From Acidobacteriota bacterium (GTDB lineage Bacteria > Acidobacteriota > UBA6911 > RPQK01 > JAJDTT01), in contig OZ242374.1 of assembly GCA_965209055.1 (NCBI GenBank), forward strand, positions 2,592,001-2,656,000: 64,000 nt of DNA. Direction: 5' to 3'. Below, piece by piece: positions 27,213 through 36,994 of this stretch. The notes beneath the pieces are model-generated. The model saw only the letters and a program-made list of their open reading frames with translations. It made no database searches and was not told the origin of the DNA. Position numbers and translations under genes: made by a program. Each line of letters starts with the position of its first letter. The stretch's first letter is position 1.

Positions 27213-27238
27213 GAGGGGGGACAGTCTTGTCCCCCTCT
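27209..27238. terminator. REP-like hairpin between convergent genes (possible bidirectional terminator)
   Basis: GTAGGAGGGGGGACAGTCTTGTCCCCCTC: GGGGGACA/TGTCCCCC stem starting at the stop codon. Confidence 0.55.
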
Positions 27239-27262
27239 TCGCTCTCGACCCGAAACCGGCGA

Positions 27263-28312
27263 CTAATACCCCGAAGCGTACTCCGGCTCCGGTTTCGGGA
27301 TGTCCACCTTGGCCAGGTAGATGCTCGTCTTCCCCTCGTGGGTCGAGTAATAGCTCATCCAGAGCATTCCCTCGTGCCACACCATCCCGGGGTAGCTGGT
27401 ATCCCCGCCGGAAGGGAGCCGAAGCAGCTCGGAGACGGTCCCGGCCTCGAGGTCCACCGACCAGAGGAGGGTTCTTCTGTCCCCGTCGGGAAGATAGAGC
27501 CGTCCCGAGGCCACCAGGCGCCCGTCGGGGAGGGAGATCAGGTTGGGGCCGCCGATTCGCTGACCGGAATCCTTCCAGTTCCACAGCGTGTAGGGCGGCT
27601 CCGAGACGCCGATCTGGGCCGAGTTGTCCTGCTTTCCGTCCCGCCGCAACAGGCAGACCGCGGTCCCGTCCTCAAGAAAGATGATGGTCGACTCGTTGGG
27701 GTAGCCGCGGCTGAAGAAGACGTTCACGTGCGTCTCGTACCGGACCCCGTCCCGGGTTCTGTAGAGCCGGGCGAATTCCTGCTGGCTGTTGCGACTGCTG
27801 TACGCTTCTCTCGTCGTGTAACCGGCCCCGTAGCCCGTTCCTTCGCGCCAGGACACTCTCCAGAGCCAGAAATCCGGTTCGCCCACCGGTTCCCTGGGAG
27901 TCCACTCCTTTCCGTCCTTGGAAAAGGAGACCCAGGGATTGTAGTCCTCCTGTTCGCCGCCCAACGACTTCCGCTCCGCGGCCAGCAGCATCAGCCTGCC
28001 GTCGGGTGTGACGCCGAGCTTGGGATCCCTCAGATCGTTTCCCGGTTCAGGCTGCATGTGGACGACCGAAGACCAATCCTCCCCGTCGGTCGAAGTGATC
28101 ACGCGGATGGAACCGTCATGGGAGGTGTGATCCTGGCCCTCGCGGAAGGTGCAGTACCACTGTTCCTGGAACCGGACCAGGTCGGTGAAGGCGCTGTGGG
28201 GAGCCTGGTCCCAGATCTTCTGGACCGAAACCAGCTTGGCGCCGGAAGGTCCGCACCCCGCCGCGGCGGCCAGCACCAGAAGCAATCGACAGCAACGGCT
28301 CCAACCTGACAT
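27263..28312 (-). CDS. Exo-alpha-sialidase-like BNR lipoprotein
   Basis: Lipobox AAGC; HSAFTDL, FREG..H, STDGEDW, DLRDPKL, LPSGGDTSYPG. Confidence 0.78.
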   Translation of the reverse strand: MSGWSRCCRLLLVLAAAAGCGPSGAKLVSVQKIWDQAPHSAFTDLVRFQEQWYCTFREGQDHTSHDGSIRVITSTDGEDWSSVVHMQPEPGNDLRDPKLGVTPDGRLMLLAAERKSLGGEQEDYNPWVSFSKDGKEWTPREPVGEPDFWLWRVSWREGTGYGAGYTTREAYSSRNSQQEFARLYRTRDGVRYETHVNVFFSRGYPNESTIIFLEDGTAVCLLRRDGKQDNSAQIGVSEPPYTLWNWKDSGQRIGGPNLISLPDGRLVASGRLYLPDGDRRTLLWSVDLEAGTVSELLRLPSGGDTSYPGMVWHEGMLWMSYYSTHEGKTSIYLAKVDIPKPEPEYASGY

Positions 28313-28379
28313 TTCGTCTCCCCTTCTTCGGTCCGAGTTGATCCAAGACCCCGCGGCCGCAGCAACCCACCTAAAACAA

Positions 28380-28454
28380 TGGAGCCGGCGAAGGGAATTG
28401 AACCCCCAACCTACGCATTACGAATGCGCCGCTCTACCGTTGAGCTACGCCGGC
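28380..28454 (-). tRNA. tRNA-Thr(CGT)
   Basis: GCCGGCGTAGCTCAACGGTAGAGC...CATT-CGT-AATG...GGTTCAATTCC...GCCGGCTCCA; cloverleaf with encoded CCA. Confidence 0.97.
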
Positions 28455-28475
28455 TCCGAGTGGAGGAAAGGACAC

Positions 28476-28505
28476 ATTATAGGTACAAGTCCCCGGGACT
28501 GCCAA
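28476..28505 (-). promoter_or_regulatory. Sigma70 promoter of tRNA-Thr
   Basis: Minus strand TTGGCA-N18-TATAAT, ~20 nt before the tRNA. Confidence 0.7.
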
Positions 28506-28528
28506 CGAACCTGAGCCGAACCGGGAGT

Positions 28529-28858
28529 TCAGGACCGGGCTTGTTTGAGGGCGGCGGCCTGGGCCTTGGCGCCCATGTCCTCCGCCTCCTGGATCCAACC
28601 CTTCGCGTGGTAGAACATGGACAAGCTGGTGTAGGCCAACGGGTTGTCCGGTTCCACGTCCCGGTAGCGCAGGCCGTACCGGAGGGCCCGTTCCAGGTCC
28701 TTGTTGTGGTAGCAGCACATGGCCGCGGCGTGCAGGGCGTCGCCGTAGTCGGCGTCCTCTTCCAGCGCCCGGTCGAAGGCGGCGACCGCTTCGTCCATGC
28801 GGTCGTCGGCGAAAAGGTCCATCCCCTTCACGTAATGTTCTTCTTTGGACATCGGCAC
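28529..28858 (-). CDS. Small TPR protein
   Basis: TPR-like helices (EAVAAFDRALEED..Y.DA, EPDNPLAYTSLS). Confidence 0.8.
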   Translation of the reverse strand: MPMSKEEHYVKGMDLFADDRMDEAVAAFDRALEEDADYGDALHAAAMCCYHNKDLERALRYGLRYRDVEPDNPLAYTSLSMFYHAKGWIQEAEDMGAKAQAAALKQARS

Positions 28859-28947
28859 CTCGAAGACATCGTCCTCCAGCCCCGGCGTTCAGTCAAGGCG
28901 CCGGACCGGCGACCCATGGTTCGTGAAATCCCGTCGTTCCGATTCGG

Positions 28948-30303
28948 CTACTCCAGCCGATTCCCGTCCGTGTCGTAGACCGACACGGGGCCAAAACGCG
29001 CCAGGTCCTTCTCGACCTGGGAACGGTCCGCCACCACCGTGATGACGGTCCGCCCCGAATCCAGATAGGTTCGAGCCGTTTCCCGGATCGTCTCCGGAGT
29101 CACCTGCCGCAGCCGCTGGACGTAGTTCCGGTAGTGGTCTTCCGGGAGGCCGTCCAGGCGGCGGCTGACCTCAAGATCCGCCACCGAATCGGAAGTCTCC
29201 AGGACGCGGATGAATCGTCCGGTCAGCTCCGCCCGGCAACGGTTCAACTCCCGGTTCCCGGGCGGCTCCCGCCTCAGGCGCTCCATCTCCTTCAGGCTCT
29301 CCTGCAACGACTCGGCCGCCACGTCGCTGCGCACGTCGGCGCCCATGAGGATGACCCCGTCGCGCCGGTACCATCTCATGACGCTGTAGGCCCCGTAGGT
29401 GTATCCCTTGTCCTCCCGCAGGTTCAGGAAGAGACGGGAGCTGGCGCTGCCCCCCAGGACCTGATTGGCCAGGAACAGGGGCGTCCCGTCCCGGTGGCCC
29501 CGGCGAAGCCCGCGCCCGGCCACGACGATCCGGGCCTGGACCGAATGAGGCCGGTGAACCAGCATCACCCGCCGTGATTCCGGGGCCGGCGGCAGCGGGA
29601 CCCGGTCCTGCGGGGGCGCCTCGCCAGTCCAGCGTCCCAGGTAACGCTCGGCCAGGCGTGCGGCCCGGTCCGGTGTCACGGCTCCCGAGAAGGCAAGCAG
29701 AGCTCCGCGCGGCGCCAATAGCCTCCCGTGCACTCCAAGCAACGCGTCGCGGTCCGCGTCCTCCACGTGCGACACGGGAAACGAGACTCGCGAATACGGG
29801 TGGCCGCGGTAGAGGGCGGCATGGCTCCGCTCCCGGGCCAGGAAGACCGGTTGGGATCGCTGCGACAGAAGGTGGCTTCTCCACCGGCTCCGGGCCTTCT
29901 CCAATTCCTCCTCGGGGAATGCCGGGCGCAGCACCAGGTCCGCCAACAGTTCCAGGGCCGGCTCCAGGTAGCGGGCCAGCACCGTCAGGGTGAGCCGGCT
30001 CTGCTCCATTCGGACCTGGGTGCCGTAGTGAATGGCCAACTGGTCCATGAGGTCCGCGATCTGCCGGGAGTTCCGGGTCTCGGTCCCCTCTTCCAGCAGC
30101 TCGACGGCCAGGCTCGTCAGGGCCAGGTTTCCGGTGGAATCGGAGGTGCGGCCGGTGGGCCAGGCCAGGCAGAGGGAAACCTTCGGAAGGGCGAATTCCT
30201 CCACCGTCAGAACCCGAAGCCCGTTCCCCAGGACGGCATCCGGAATCCTTGGATAGCCGGGTGTCGGCAACGCCGCTATCGGTGGGGGCCGATCCGTCTT
30301 CAT
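28948..30303 (-). CDS. M16 peptidase, non-catalytic partner subunit
   Basis: L.NGLRV, P.FPEEE, NQVLGG..SSRL..NLREDKGYTYG; no HxxEH. Confidence 0.88.
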   Translation of the reverse strand: MKTDRPPPIAALPTPGYPRIPDAVLGNGLRVLTVEEFALPKVSLCLAWPTGRTSDSTGNLALTSLAVELLEEGTETRNSRQIADLMDQLAIHYGTQVRMEQSRLTLTVLARYLEPALELLADLVLRPAFPEEELEKARSRWRSHLLSQRSQPVFLARERSHAALYRGHPYSRVSFPVSHVEDADRDALLGVHGRLLAPRGALLAFSGAVTPDRAARLAERYLGRWTGEAPPQDRVPLPPAPESRRVMLVHRPHSVQARIVVAGRGLRRGHRDGTPLFLANQVLGGSASSRLFLNLREDKGYTYGAYSVMRWYRRDGVILMGADVRSDVAAESLQESLKEMERLRREPPGNRELNRCRAELTGRFIRVLETSDSVADLEVSRRLDGLPEDHYRNYVQRLRQVTPETIRETARTYLDSGRTVITVVADRSQVEKDLARFGPVSVYDTDGNRLE

Positions 30304-30352
30304 GGCCTTTCCTTCACGCGTCTCCCCGGCCGGCTATGGGGCAAGCTCCCAC

Positions 30353-31657
30353 TCAACCCTGTCCCGCCTGCCCCGGCTCCACCAGAAGCAGGGTGCGGTT
30401 CTCGGGACGGAAGGTCCCGGCGGCCGCCCGGAGAATATCCTCGGACGTCGTCTCGGCATACCGGGACCATTCCCGGTTGATTTCCCCGGCGTCTCCGTAG
30501 AACACGGCGTGGTGGGCCAGGATCTCGCCCACGTCCGACACCTTCTCCAGCCGGCGGACGAAACGAAACGCCAACTGATTGCGCGCCTTCTCCAGCTCCT
30601 GCGGAGTCACCACCTCCCGGCACACCCGGCCCAGCTCGGCCTCGACTAGGTCCAGGACCGGGTCGACCGGGACGCCGTCCTGAATCTGCAGGAAGATGTC
30701 GAACATGCCCGGGCCGCGGTACTGGTTGGGTCCGGCCGACAGTCCGGCGACCCAGTTCCGTTCGTAGACCAGTTGTCGGTAGAGGCGCGAGGAGGAGCCG
30801 TCCGTCAGCAGCAGGGCGAGGATGCTCAGGGCGTAGTACTCGGAACTGCCCACGGGCGGCATGTGGTAGCCGGCGATAACCAGGGGAAGCACGGCCAGGG
30901 GGTCCCCGATCGTCTCCCGTTTCTCCTCCTGTTGAGACGGCTCCCGGAATACCGGCCGTCTGGATCGTGTCCGATCCGGAATCGGGCCGAAGTACCGATG
31001 GATCGATTCCAGGGCTGCGGCCTCCTCCAGGTCTCCCGACAGGACCAGCACGGCGTTTCCCGGTCCGTAGTGCGTCCGGTGAAACTCCCTGGCGTCGGCC
31101 AGGGTCGCCCGTTTCAGGTCTTCGACGGCGCCGATGATGGGATGGGCGTATTCCCAACTCTCGTAGGCCAGGTCGTCCAGCCTCAGAAAGGCTCGGCCGT
31201 AGGGCCGGTTGTCGTAACTCTGCTTCTTCTCTTCGATGACCGTCTGCCTCTGGTTCTCGAAATTCTCCGCCGTCACCTCCAGGGAATTCATCCGGTCCGC
31301 CTCCAGCCACAGCCCCAGGTCCAGGCAATTCGAAGGCAGCGTTTCGTGGTAGGCGGTGCGGTCCTTGCTGGTGGTGGCGTTCCAGCGTCCCCCCGCCTCG
31401 TCCACGTATCGGCCATGCTCATTTTTGGCCACGTTCCCGGATCCCTGGAACATCATGTGCTCGAAGAGGTGGGCGAGACCCGAAAGTCCCGGAACTTCGT
31501 AGGAGGAGCCGACCCGGTAGTGGAGGCTGATATGCACCAGGGGGACGCGGCGGTGGGGCCGCAGGATGACCTGGAGGCCGTTGGACAAGGTTTCCTGCCG
31601 GAACTGGACGTGTGGGATATCCAGACGTTCTCCTGCCGGGACGGGATCCGTTTTCAT
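30353..31657 (-). CDS. M16 zinc peptidase, catalytic subunit
   Basis: GLAHLFEHMMFQGS (HxxEH), NA.T..DRT.Y, LWLEADRM, Y.HP.IG. Confidence 0.92.
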   Translation of the reverse strand: MKTDPVPAGERLDIPHVQFRQETLSNGLQVILRPHRRVPLVHISLHYRVGSSYEVPGLSGLAHLFEHMMFQGSGNVAKNEHGRYVDEAGGRWNATTSKDRTAYHETLPSNCLDLGLWLEADRMNSLEVTAENFENQRQTVIEEKKQSYDNRPYGRAFLRLDDLAYESWEYAHPIIGAVEDLKRATLADAREFHRTHYGPGNAVLVLSGDLEEAAALESIHRYFGPIPDRTRSRRPVFREPSQQEEKRETIGDPLAVLPLVIAGYHMPPVGSSEYYALSILALLLTDGSSSRLYRQLVYERNWVAGLSAGPNQYRGPGMFDIFLQIQDGVPVDPVLDLVEAELGRVCREVVTPQELEKARNQLAFRFVRRLEKVSDVGEILAHHAVFYGDAGEINREWSRYAETTSEDILRAAAGTFRPENRTLLLVEPGQAGQG

Positions 31658-31672
31658 GCGGGGATTCTACCG

Positions 31673-32329
31673 TTATCGGGCGTCGAACTCGAAGAAGACC
31701 AGAGGTTCCTTGGCCGAAAAATTGAAGACCTCGGGGAGATAAAAGCGGCTCTTGGAAAGGTTCCATCCTTCCCACGGGATTTCGTAGAAGACCACGCCGA
31801 AATCCTTGGTGTAAGGCGCTATGAGCTTTTCGCCAAAGGATTTTTGCTCGAAGTCGGCGAGCATCTCCTCGCTGGCGACCCTTACTTTCCGGGACCCGCG
31901 GCGGCCGGGGCCCCGGGGCGGAAAATCCGAGAGCGGGGGCCGCCGCTTGTTGTTCAGGTCCGCCAGCACGTCCAGGTAGTGCATCGGACGGTGCTGGGTC
32001 CCGGCGTCGTCGATCAGGAATATGGCCCGACCGTCCAGGCTCACCACGAAATCGTTGTTGTTCTCCACCACCATGAGCACCGGGAGGATCCGCTTCTTGG
32101 CGAACTTGTCGGTGTCGAACAACTGGCGGGCCTTGTGCCGGGTGTCGCAGGGATAGGCGGCAATGATCAGATTCTGGGATTCCTGGTGGGCCGCGTACTT
32201 GCTGGCTTCTTTCGTACGGATCTCCACGGAGTCGTAGCCCGGAATCAGGGCGCCCGCCAGAAGTTGGGCGGCCAGAAGAACGTAAATTCCCGTCATTGCG
32301 CTTCGATACTCATTGTAAGCCGTGAGCAT
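31673..32329 (-). CDS. Hypothetical exported protein (start possibly 32296)
   Basis: Signal-like hydrophobic N-terminus, coding-like composition, co-oriented in operon. Confidence 0.65.
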   Translation of the reverse strand: MLTAYNEYRSAMTGIYVLLAAQLLAGALIPGYDSVEIRTKEASKYAAHQESQNLIIAAYPCDTRHKARQLFDTDKFAKKRILPVLMVVENNNDFVVSLDGRAIFLIDDAGTQHRPMHYLDVLADLNNKRRPPLSDFPPRGPGRRGSRKVRVASEEMLADFEQKSFGEKLIAPYTKDFGVVFYEIPWEGWNLSKSRFYLPEVFNFSAKEPLVFFEFDAR

Positions 32330-32360
32330 CGCATTGTGCCGGGCAGCGGCATCTTCCCGG

Positions 32361-32918
32361 TCAGACCTCCCCCGTTCGCGATGCCCGGTCCAGGATTCGG
32401 TCCAGGCGCCGGAGGATCTCGCCTTGCAGAACCGAACGGTTCTTGCGAGTCAGTTTGACCAGTTGCACATCCTCCCGGTCCCGAATTCGCTTCAGAATGC
32501 CGGCCCCGTGCAGCGAGATGGTGCCCAGGACCGGACAGGGCGAGTTCAGGAGATCGAGTATCGCCTCCCGCAAAGGCCGGGAGAGGAGTTCCATCTTGGC
32601 GATCTCGTCCACCACCATGAGGTCCGGCCGCTTCCTTTTCCAGTCGAGATGAGGCAGGACCAGGTTTTCCAGCATCCCGGGGTGGACGCCGTAAGGTCCC
32701 AGCCGGTGTCGGGAGGTCGTCTGGAAGTCCCGGTGCGCAAACACGCCTGAAGGCCCGCTCAGGGCCACCGCCCGGAATCCCGCGCGCCGGCCCCGGGTGC
32801 GGATCTCCTCGGTGTAGAAGCCGCTCAGAGCCAGGTGTCCGAGGCGCTCGACAAGCTGTTTGACAAGAGTGGTCTTCCCGATTCCCGGATGTCCCGTGAG
32901 CAGCAGGTTCGTGGTCAT
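32361..32918 (-). CDS. Nucleoside triphosphatase, THEP1/NTPase_1 family
   Basis: LLTGHPGIGKTT, GFYTEEIR..G.R.GF, VVDEIAKMEL.S; start overlaps upstream stop. Confidence 0.88.
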   Translation of the reverse strand: MTTNLLLTGHPGIGKTTLVKQLVERLGHLALSGFYTEEIRTRGRRAGFRAVALSGPSGVFAHRDFQTTSRHRLGPYGVHPGMLENLVLPHLDWKRKRPDLMVVDEIAKMELLSRPLREAILDLLNSPCPVLGTISLHGAGILKRIRDREDVQLVKLTRKNRSVLQGEILRRLDRILDRASRTGEV

Positions 32919-33937
32919 TGCCCGCGCCCCAGGTGGCGATGCAGGTAACGGGTGATGTGCCATCCGTCCATGCAGATGAAGGGGAATCGGGCCGTCGTGT
33001 AGTGGCCGCAGGGGAGCTCGACCCGATCGAACGGGATTCCATGCTCCCGGTATCTCAGAAAGACCTGCTGCGAGAGTTCCGGGGTGAAGGTCAGATCGTA
33101 GCGGGCGGTGATCAGGAGATGGGGCCGCCGGGCCTCCCGGAGCCGGGGAATGAAGTACCAGGGACTGATGGGCGCCCAGCAGTGCTCCAGGTCGTCCCGG
33201 GTGATGTAGCCTTCCAGTCCCCACCGAACGTATCGCGTGGCCAGTCCCGTCCAGACGACCTGGGCGAAGGAGGAGGAGACGTGGTTGAACACGCCGGTCT
33301 CGATGAGTGGGTCATGGACGAAGGCCAGGAACGTGACGCAGGAGCCGATGCTGGTTCCCACGACCCCCACGTGTTCGTAGCCCTCGTCCCGGAGCCAGCG
33401 GGCGGCCTGCAGCACTTCCAGCACGGCTTGGCGCGTGGCCTGAAGGGTCCTGCCGATGTTGGGGCTGACCATGTGTTCGGCCCGGACTTCCCCCGGAGGC
33501 AGCCGGTCTTCGTGGTAGGGCAGGGACAGGCGCACGGCGGTGATGCCCAGGCGTGTCAAGAGCCGGCAAAGTCCCACGTGGCTGGTGGCGTCGGCGTTCC
33601 ACTGGGGGACTACGACGACGGCCCGGCGCCGGTCCGGACCCGGGAAGATCCGGGCATGGACCGTATTGTTCGCGGAATAGTCGCTCTCGACCGGGGTCTG
33701 AAACGTGAGTCGGTCGGCGGAGCGGCGGGGATTTTGCGGGGCCTTGCTCTCGTAGAAGCGATGGTCCGCCAATGCCGTCGTGGCGTACCGCTTCACCTGG
33801 GAGAGGGGATCGCCGCGGCCCGCCCGGCCGAGGCACTCCAAGCCCCAGTCGAAGGGCAGGATCCGGCGGCTCGTATCCCGCAGCGTCAGGGTCCGTTCCC
33901 GGCGCTCGATCCAGCGGCCATATCCCGCAATTCTCAT
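32915..33937 (-). CDS. Alpha/beta hydrolase
   Basis: GTSIG nucleophile elbow, YD acid, PCGHY catalytic His. Confidence 0.85.
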   Translation of the reverse strand: MRIAGYGRWIERRERTLTLRDTSRRILPFDWGLECLGRAGRGDPLSQVKRYATTALADHRFYESKAPQNPRRSADRLTFQTPVESDYSANNTVHARIFPGPDRRRAVVVVPQWNADATSHVGLCRLLTRLGITAVRLSLPYHEDRLPPGEVRAEHMVSPNIGRTLQATRQAVLEVLQAARWLRDEGYEHVGVVGTSIGSCVTFLAFVHDPLIETGVFNHVSSSFAQVVWTGLATRYVRWGLEGYITRDDLEHCWAPISPWYFIPRLREARRPHLLITARYDLTFTPELSQQVFLRYREHGIPFDRVELPCGHYTTARFPFICMDGWHITRYLHRHLGRGQ

Positions 33938-33962
33938 CAGGGGGCGTGACGATCGCGCAGGA

Positions 33963-34044
33963 TTTTCGCCCTCAGCGCGTGCTCGCGACCGAGAGCGTAG
34001 TGGTGACTACGTTTGAGGGAGCACGTGCGCGCTGAGGGCGAAAA
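33963..34044. repeat. Long intergenic inverted repeat (structured element)
   Basis: 17-bp perfect stem TTTTCGCCCTCAGCGCG/CGCGCTGAGGGCGAAAA enclosing TGCTC/GAGCA and CGTAG/CTACG stems. Confidence 0.75.
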
Positions 34045-34171
34045 GACCAGCGAACGCGCGCCCAGCGCAGGCGGTTCCGGAGAAGCCCTGGAAAAAATCT
34101 CATAAATGCCCAAAAAATACCTCTTTTTCATCATACGCATAGCGACCTGGTGAGAAATGCGGGATAGGTGT

Positions 34172-35266
34172 TCATTCGGACGGCCGATCGGTCGCGCGCT
34201 GTCCGAACTCGAGTTGGAAGAGCTCCAGGAACGACAGTCCCAGGGCCACCAATATGGGACCGAAGATGAGGCCCGGCAATCCCAGGTAGGAAACTCCTCC
34301 CATCAGGGAAAAGAAGACCAGCAGGCTGTGCATCTTCACTCTGCCCTCGATGAAGAAGGGCCGGACCACGTTGTCGAGAAGCCCGACCAGGAGGAAGAGG
34401 CCGATGAACACGAAGCCGCTGGCGCCCGAGACGGTGCCCAGGAGATAGATCGCCCAGGGAACCCAGACGATTGCCGTTCCCACGACGGGAACCAGGGAGA
34501 AGAAGGCCGTGAGCGTGCCCCAGAAAATGGCCTGGTCGATGCCCACGATCCAGAAGACCAGGCCTCCGGCGATCCCTTGGACCACCGCCGTGACCAGGCT
34601 CCCCACGACCGTAGCCGAGGCAACCTGGCGAAACGTGGACATGATCTGGCTCTGATACTCGTCCGAGAGGGGAGACAGATGCCTGAAATCCTGGGTCAGG
34701 CGGGCGCTGTCCCGGAAGAGGAAGAACATGGTGACCAGCATGATCAGGAAACTGGTGACGAAACTCAGCAGTCCGGTCACCAGTTCGGAGCTGTGTTCCA
34801 AGAGGAAGAGGCTGAGTTTCTCCAGAAGCGTGGCCAACCCCTCCCCCAGGTCGAGTTGACCCAGCCCGATCCGGTCCAGGTCGACGTACCGTTCAACGAA
34901 TTGCCGCAGTCGATCCGGGATCATGTCGTCGCTCAATTGCCAGGTGGCGCCCTCCCACTCCCTTTGGTCCAGAGCGGCCTGGAACTTGTTGTAGATCTCC
35001 TGCGCCTGGGTCGTCACCTGGGTCAGAATCAGGGCGAAAGGCAGCAGGATGAGAGCCGTCATCCCCAGGCAGGTGACCAGCGCCGCCAGTCCGTTGCGGC
35101 CCTTCAGCCTCCCGCGGATCCAGTCGAAGGCGGGATAGCACAGGCTCACCAGCACCGCGGCCAACGCCACCGGCAGCAGAAACGGCCGGAAGATCTGCAC
35201 CACGAAATAGAAGACGGGCAGGGAAAAGAGGAGCAGAACCAGTCGCGCGTAGCGTCCCCGATACAT
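34172..35266 (-). CDS. AI-2E family transporter
   Basis: PFL.P..LA, FFLFRD, QG..GG, SLVP.VGT..VW.P, DNVVRP, GLIFGP. Confidence 0.9.
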   Translation of the reverse strand: MYRGRYARLVLLLFSLPVFYFVVQIFRPFLLPVALAAVLVSLCYPAFDWIRGRLKGRNGLAALVTCLGMTALILLPFALILTQVTTQAQEIYNKFQAALDQREWEGATWQLSDDMIPDRLRQFVERYVDLDRIGLGQLDLGEGLATLLEKLSLFLLEHSSELVTGLLSFVTSFLIMLVTMFFLFRDSARLTQDFRHLSPLSDEYQSQIMSTFRQVASATVVGSLVTAVVQGIAGGLVFWIVGIDQAIFWGTLTAFFSLVPVVGTAIVWVPWAIYLLGTVSGASGFVFIGLFLLVGLLDNVVRPFFIEGRVKMHSLLVFFSLMGGVSYLGLPGLIFGPILVALGLSFLELFQLEFGQRATDRPSE

Positions 35267-35426
35267 CAGTCCGAATGATACACTGAAACCCGCTTCCGCA
35301 GTCCGCGGTGAGAGTCCCGCGAAATAGCGACAGCAGTGATCGCCAGGTCATGGCGGCGTCCCTTCGTTCGGCATGCGGCTTTGGTCCGGTAGTGTGACGG
35401 ATACGGCAACCAGCCAGGAAATCCCC

Positions 35427-36389
35427 ATGGATCCCTGTCCCATCTGTCGAGGTCTTGGCTGGGATCACTTCTGCTCCGTTCCGGACCGGCTCCGAAAGAT
35501 CACGGACCAGAGCTGGGAAATCTACCGTTGCCGCTCCTGCGGTTTTGGCCGGACCGAGCCCGCGCCGGGTGAGCAGGACCTCATGGCGTTCTACCCTCCC
35601 GGATACTGGGGAGACGTGGTCAGGACGGTGGAGCAGTTTCGGTCCGGACAACTCGTGTCGGCCCGTTCCTGGCGCCAGGAGGCCGAAAAGGTCCGCTTGC
35701 TGGAACGCTACTTGCGGGAAGGGTCCGTGCTGGATGTGGGTTGCGGGGACGGCAAGTTCCTCTGGGGTCTGGATTCCGGCCGCTGGCGGCGGACCGGGGT
35801 CGAACCCTCGCGGCGAGTGGTCCAACTGGTCCGCGGGCGGATTCCGGGCATCGATTTCGTAGTCGGGGACCTGTACTCGGCTCGTCTGCGGCCGGGTTCC
35901 TTCGACGCCATTACGTTCTGGCACGTGCTGGAGCACATTCCGGAGCCGAGGCGAGTGATGCGCCGGGTCCGGGATCTGCTGCGGCCCGGGGGCTGGCTCA
36001 TCGTCTCGCTGCCCAATCTGAGCAGCTTGCAGGCCCGAATTTTTCGCCGGCACTGGTATGCGTTCGATGACGTCCCCCGCCACCTGTTCCACTACTCTCC
36101 GCGCTCTCTGGCGCTGCTTCTGAAACAGGAGGGATTCGAGGTCAGGGATCAGCTCGGTTTTTCCAGGATCATCGGGTTTCACTGCCTGAAGCACAGCCTG
36201 GTCAACTGGTCGGAAAGCCTCTTCGGCTCCCGGGCGCCCTACTATTCGCTGAAGCCGATCCTGCCCCTGTGCGCTCTTCTGGAACGAGTGGTGCGGCGCT
36301 CCGGAATCATTACTCTGGTCGCCCGGACTCCTGGCCGTCCGCGGCCGGGGCCTGAAGTGAAACAGAGCCCACAACGGTTCGTACTTTAG
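35427..36389 (+). CDS. Class I SAM-dependent methyltransferase with N-terminal Zn-ribbon
   Basis: CPIC...CRSCG, VLDVGCGDG, FDAIT.WHVLEH, LRPGG, PRHL. Confidence 0.88.
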   Translation: MDPCPICRGLGWDHFCSVPDRLRKITDQSWEIYRCRSCGFGRTEPAPGEQDLMAFYPPGYWGDVVRTVEQFRSGQLVSARSWRQEAEKVRLLERYLREGSVLDVGCGDGKFLWGLDSGRWRRTGVEPSRRVVQLVRGRIPGIDFVVGDLYSARLRPGSFDAITFWHVLEHIPEPRRVMRRVRDLLRPGGWLIVSLPNLSSLQARIFRRHWYAFDDVPRHLFHYSPRSLALLLKQEGFEVRDQLGFSRIIGFHCLKHSLVNWSESLFGSRAPYYSLKPILPLCALLERVVRRSGIITLVARTPGRPRPGPEVKQSPQRFVL

Positions 36390-36397
36390 GTTGGAGG

Positions 36398-36994
36398 ATG
36401 GAGAAGACCGATGCCGAGTTGGTCATCGCGAGCCTCGAGGGCGCGCCATATGCATTCGAGCAGATCGTCCAGCGCTACGAGCGGCTGGTCTTCAGCATCA
36501 TTTACCATCAATTGGGCCGGCGGCGGGAAGTGGAGGACGTGGCTCAGGAAGTCTTTCTCAAGGTCTTCAACTCCCTGGGCCGATTTGATCGGCGCCGCCC
36601 GTTGAAGGCCTGGATCGCCAAGATCACGGTCAACCAATGCCGGGACGTATTGAGAAAGCGACGGAGTTCCAGGGTGGAGGCGTTTTCCAACTTCACCGAG
36701 GAAGAGGAGAGGAGAATCCAGTCCCTTCACGACGTTTCCGCCGGCACCGCCGCCATGACGGAGGCGGAATCCAGAGCCTGCCTCAAGCTCCTGGACCAGC
36801 TCGTGCGCCGCTTGTCTCACAAGGACCGGACTGCATTCCTGCTCAGGGAGGTGGAGGGATTCGGATATGATGAGGTGTCCAAGGCCCTGGGAAGCAGCCA
36901 GGTGGCGGCTCGAATCCGAGTCAGCCGCACCCGCAAGCGGCTGCTTGCGGCGCTGTCTCAAGTCCTTTCCGGCGGAGAAACCTTGAAACCATGA
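36398..36994 (+). CDS. ECF sigma-70 factor
   Basis: AFE.IV.RY, VEDVAQEVFLKV, WI.KI.VN.C.D, region 4 LREVEG.GY.EV. Confidence 0.92.
   Translation: MEKTDAELVIASLEGAPYAFEQIVQRYERLVFSIIYHQLGRRREVEDVAQEVFLKVFNSLGRFDRRRPLKAWIAKITVNQCRDVLRKRRSSRVEAFSNFTEEEERRIQSLHDVSAGTAAMTEAESRACLKLLDQLVRRLSHKDRTAFLLREVEGFGYDEVSKALGSSQVAARIRVSRTRKRLLAALSQVLSGGETLKP

Noticed and set aside
28379-28978. 199-aa plus-strand ORF
   Set aside because: Antisense to tRNA-Thr and the TPR gene.
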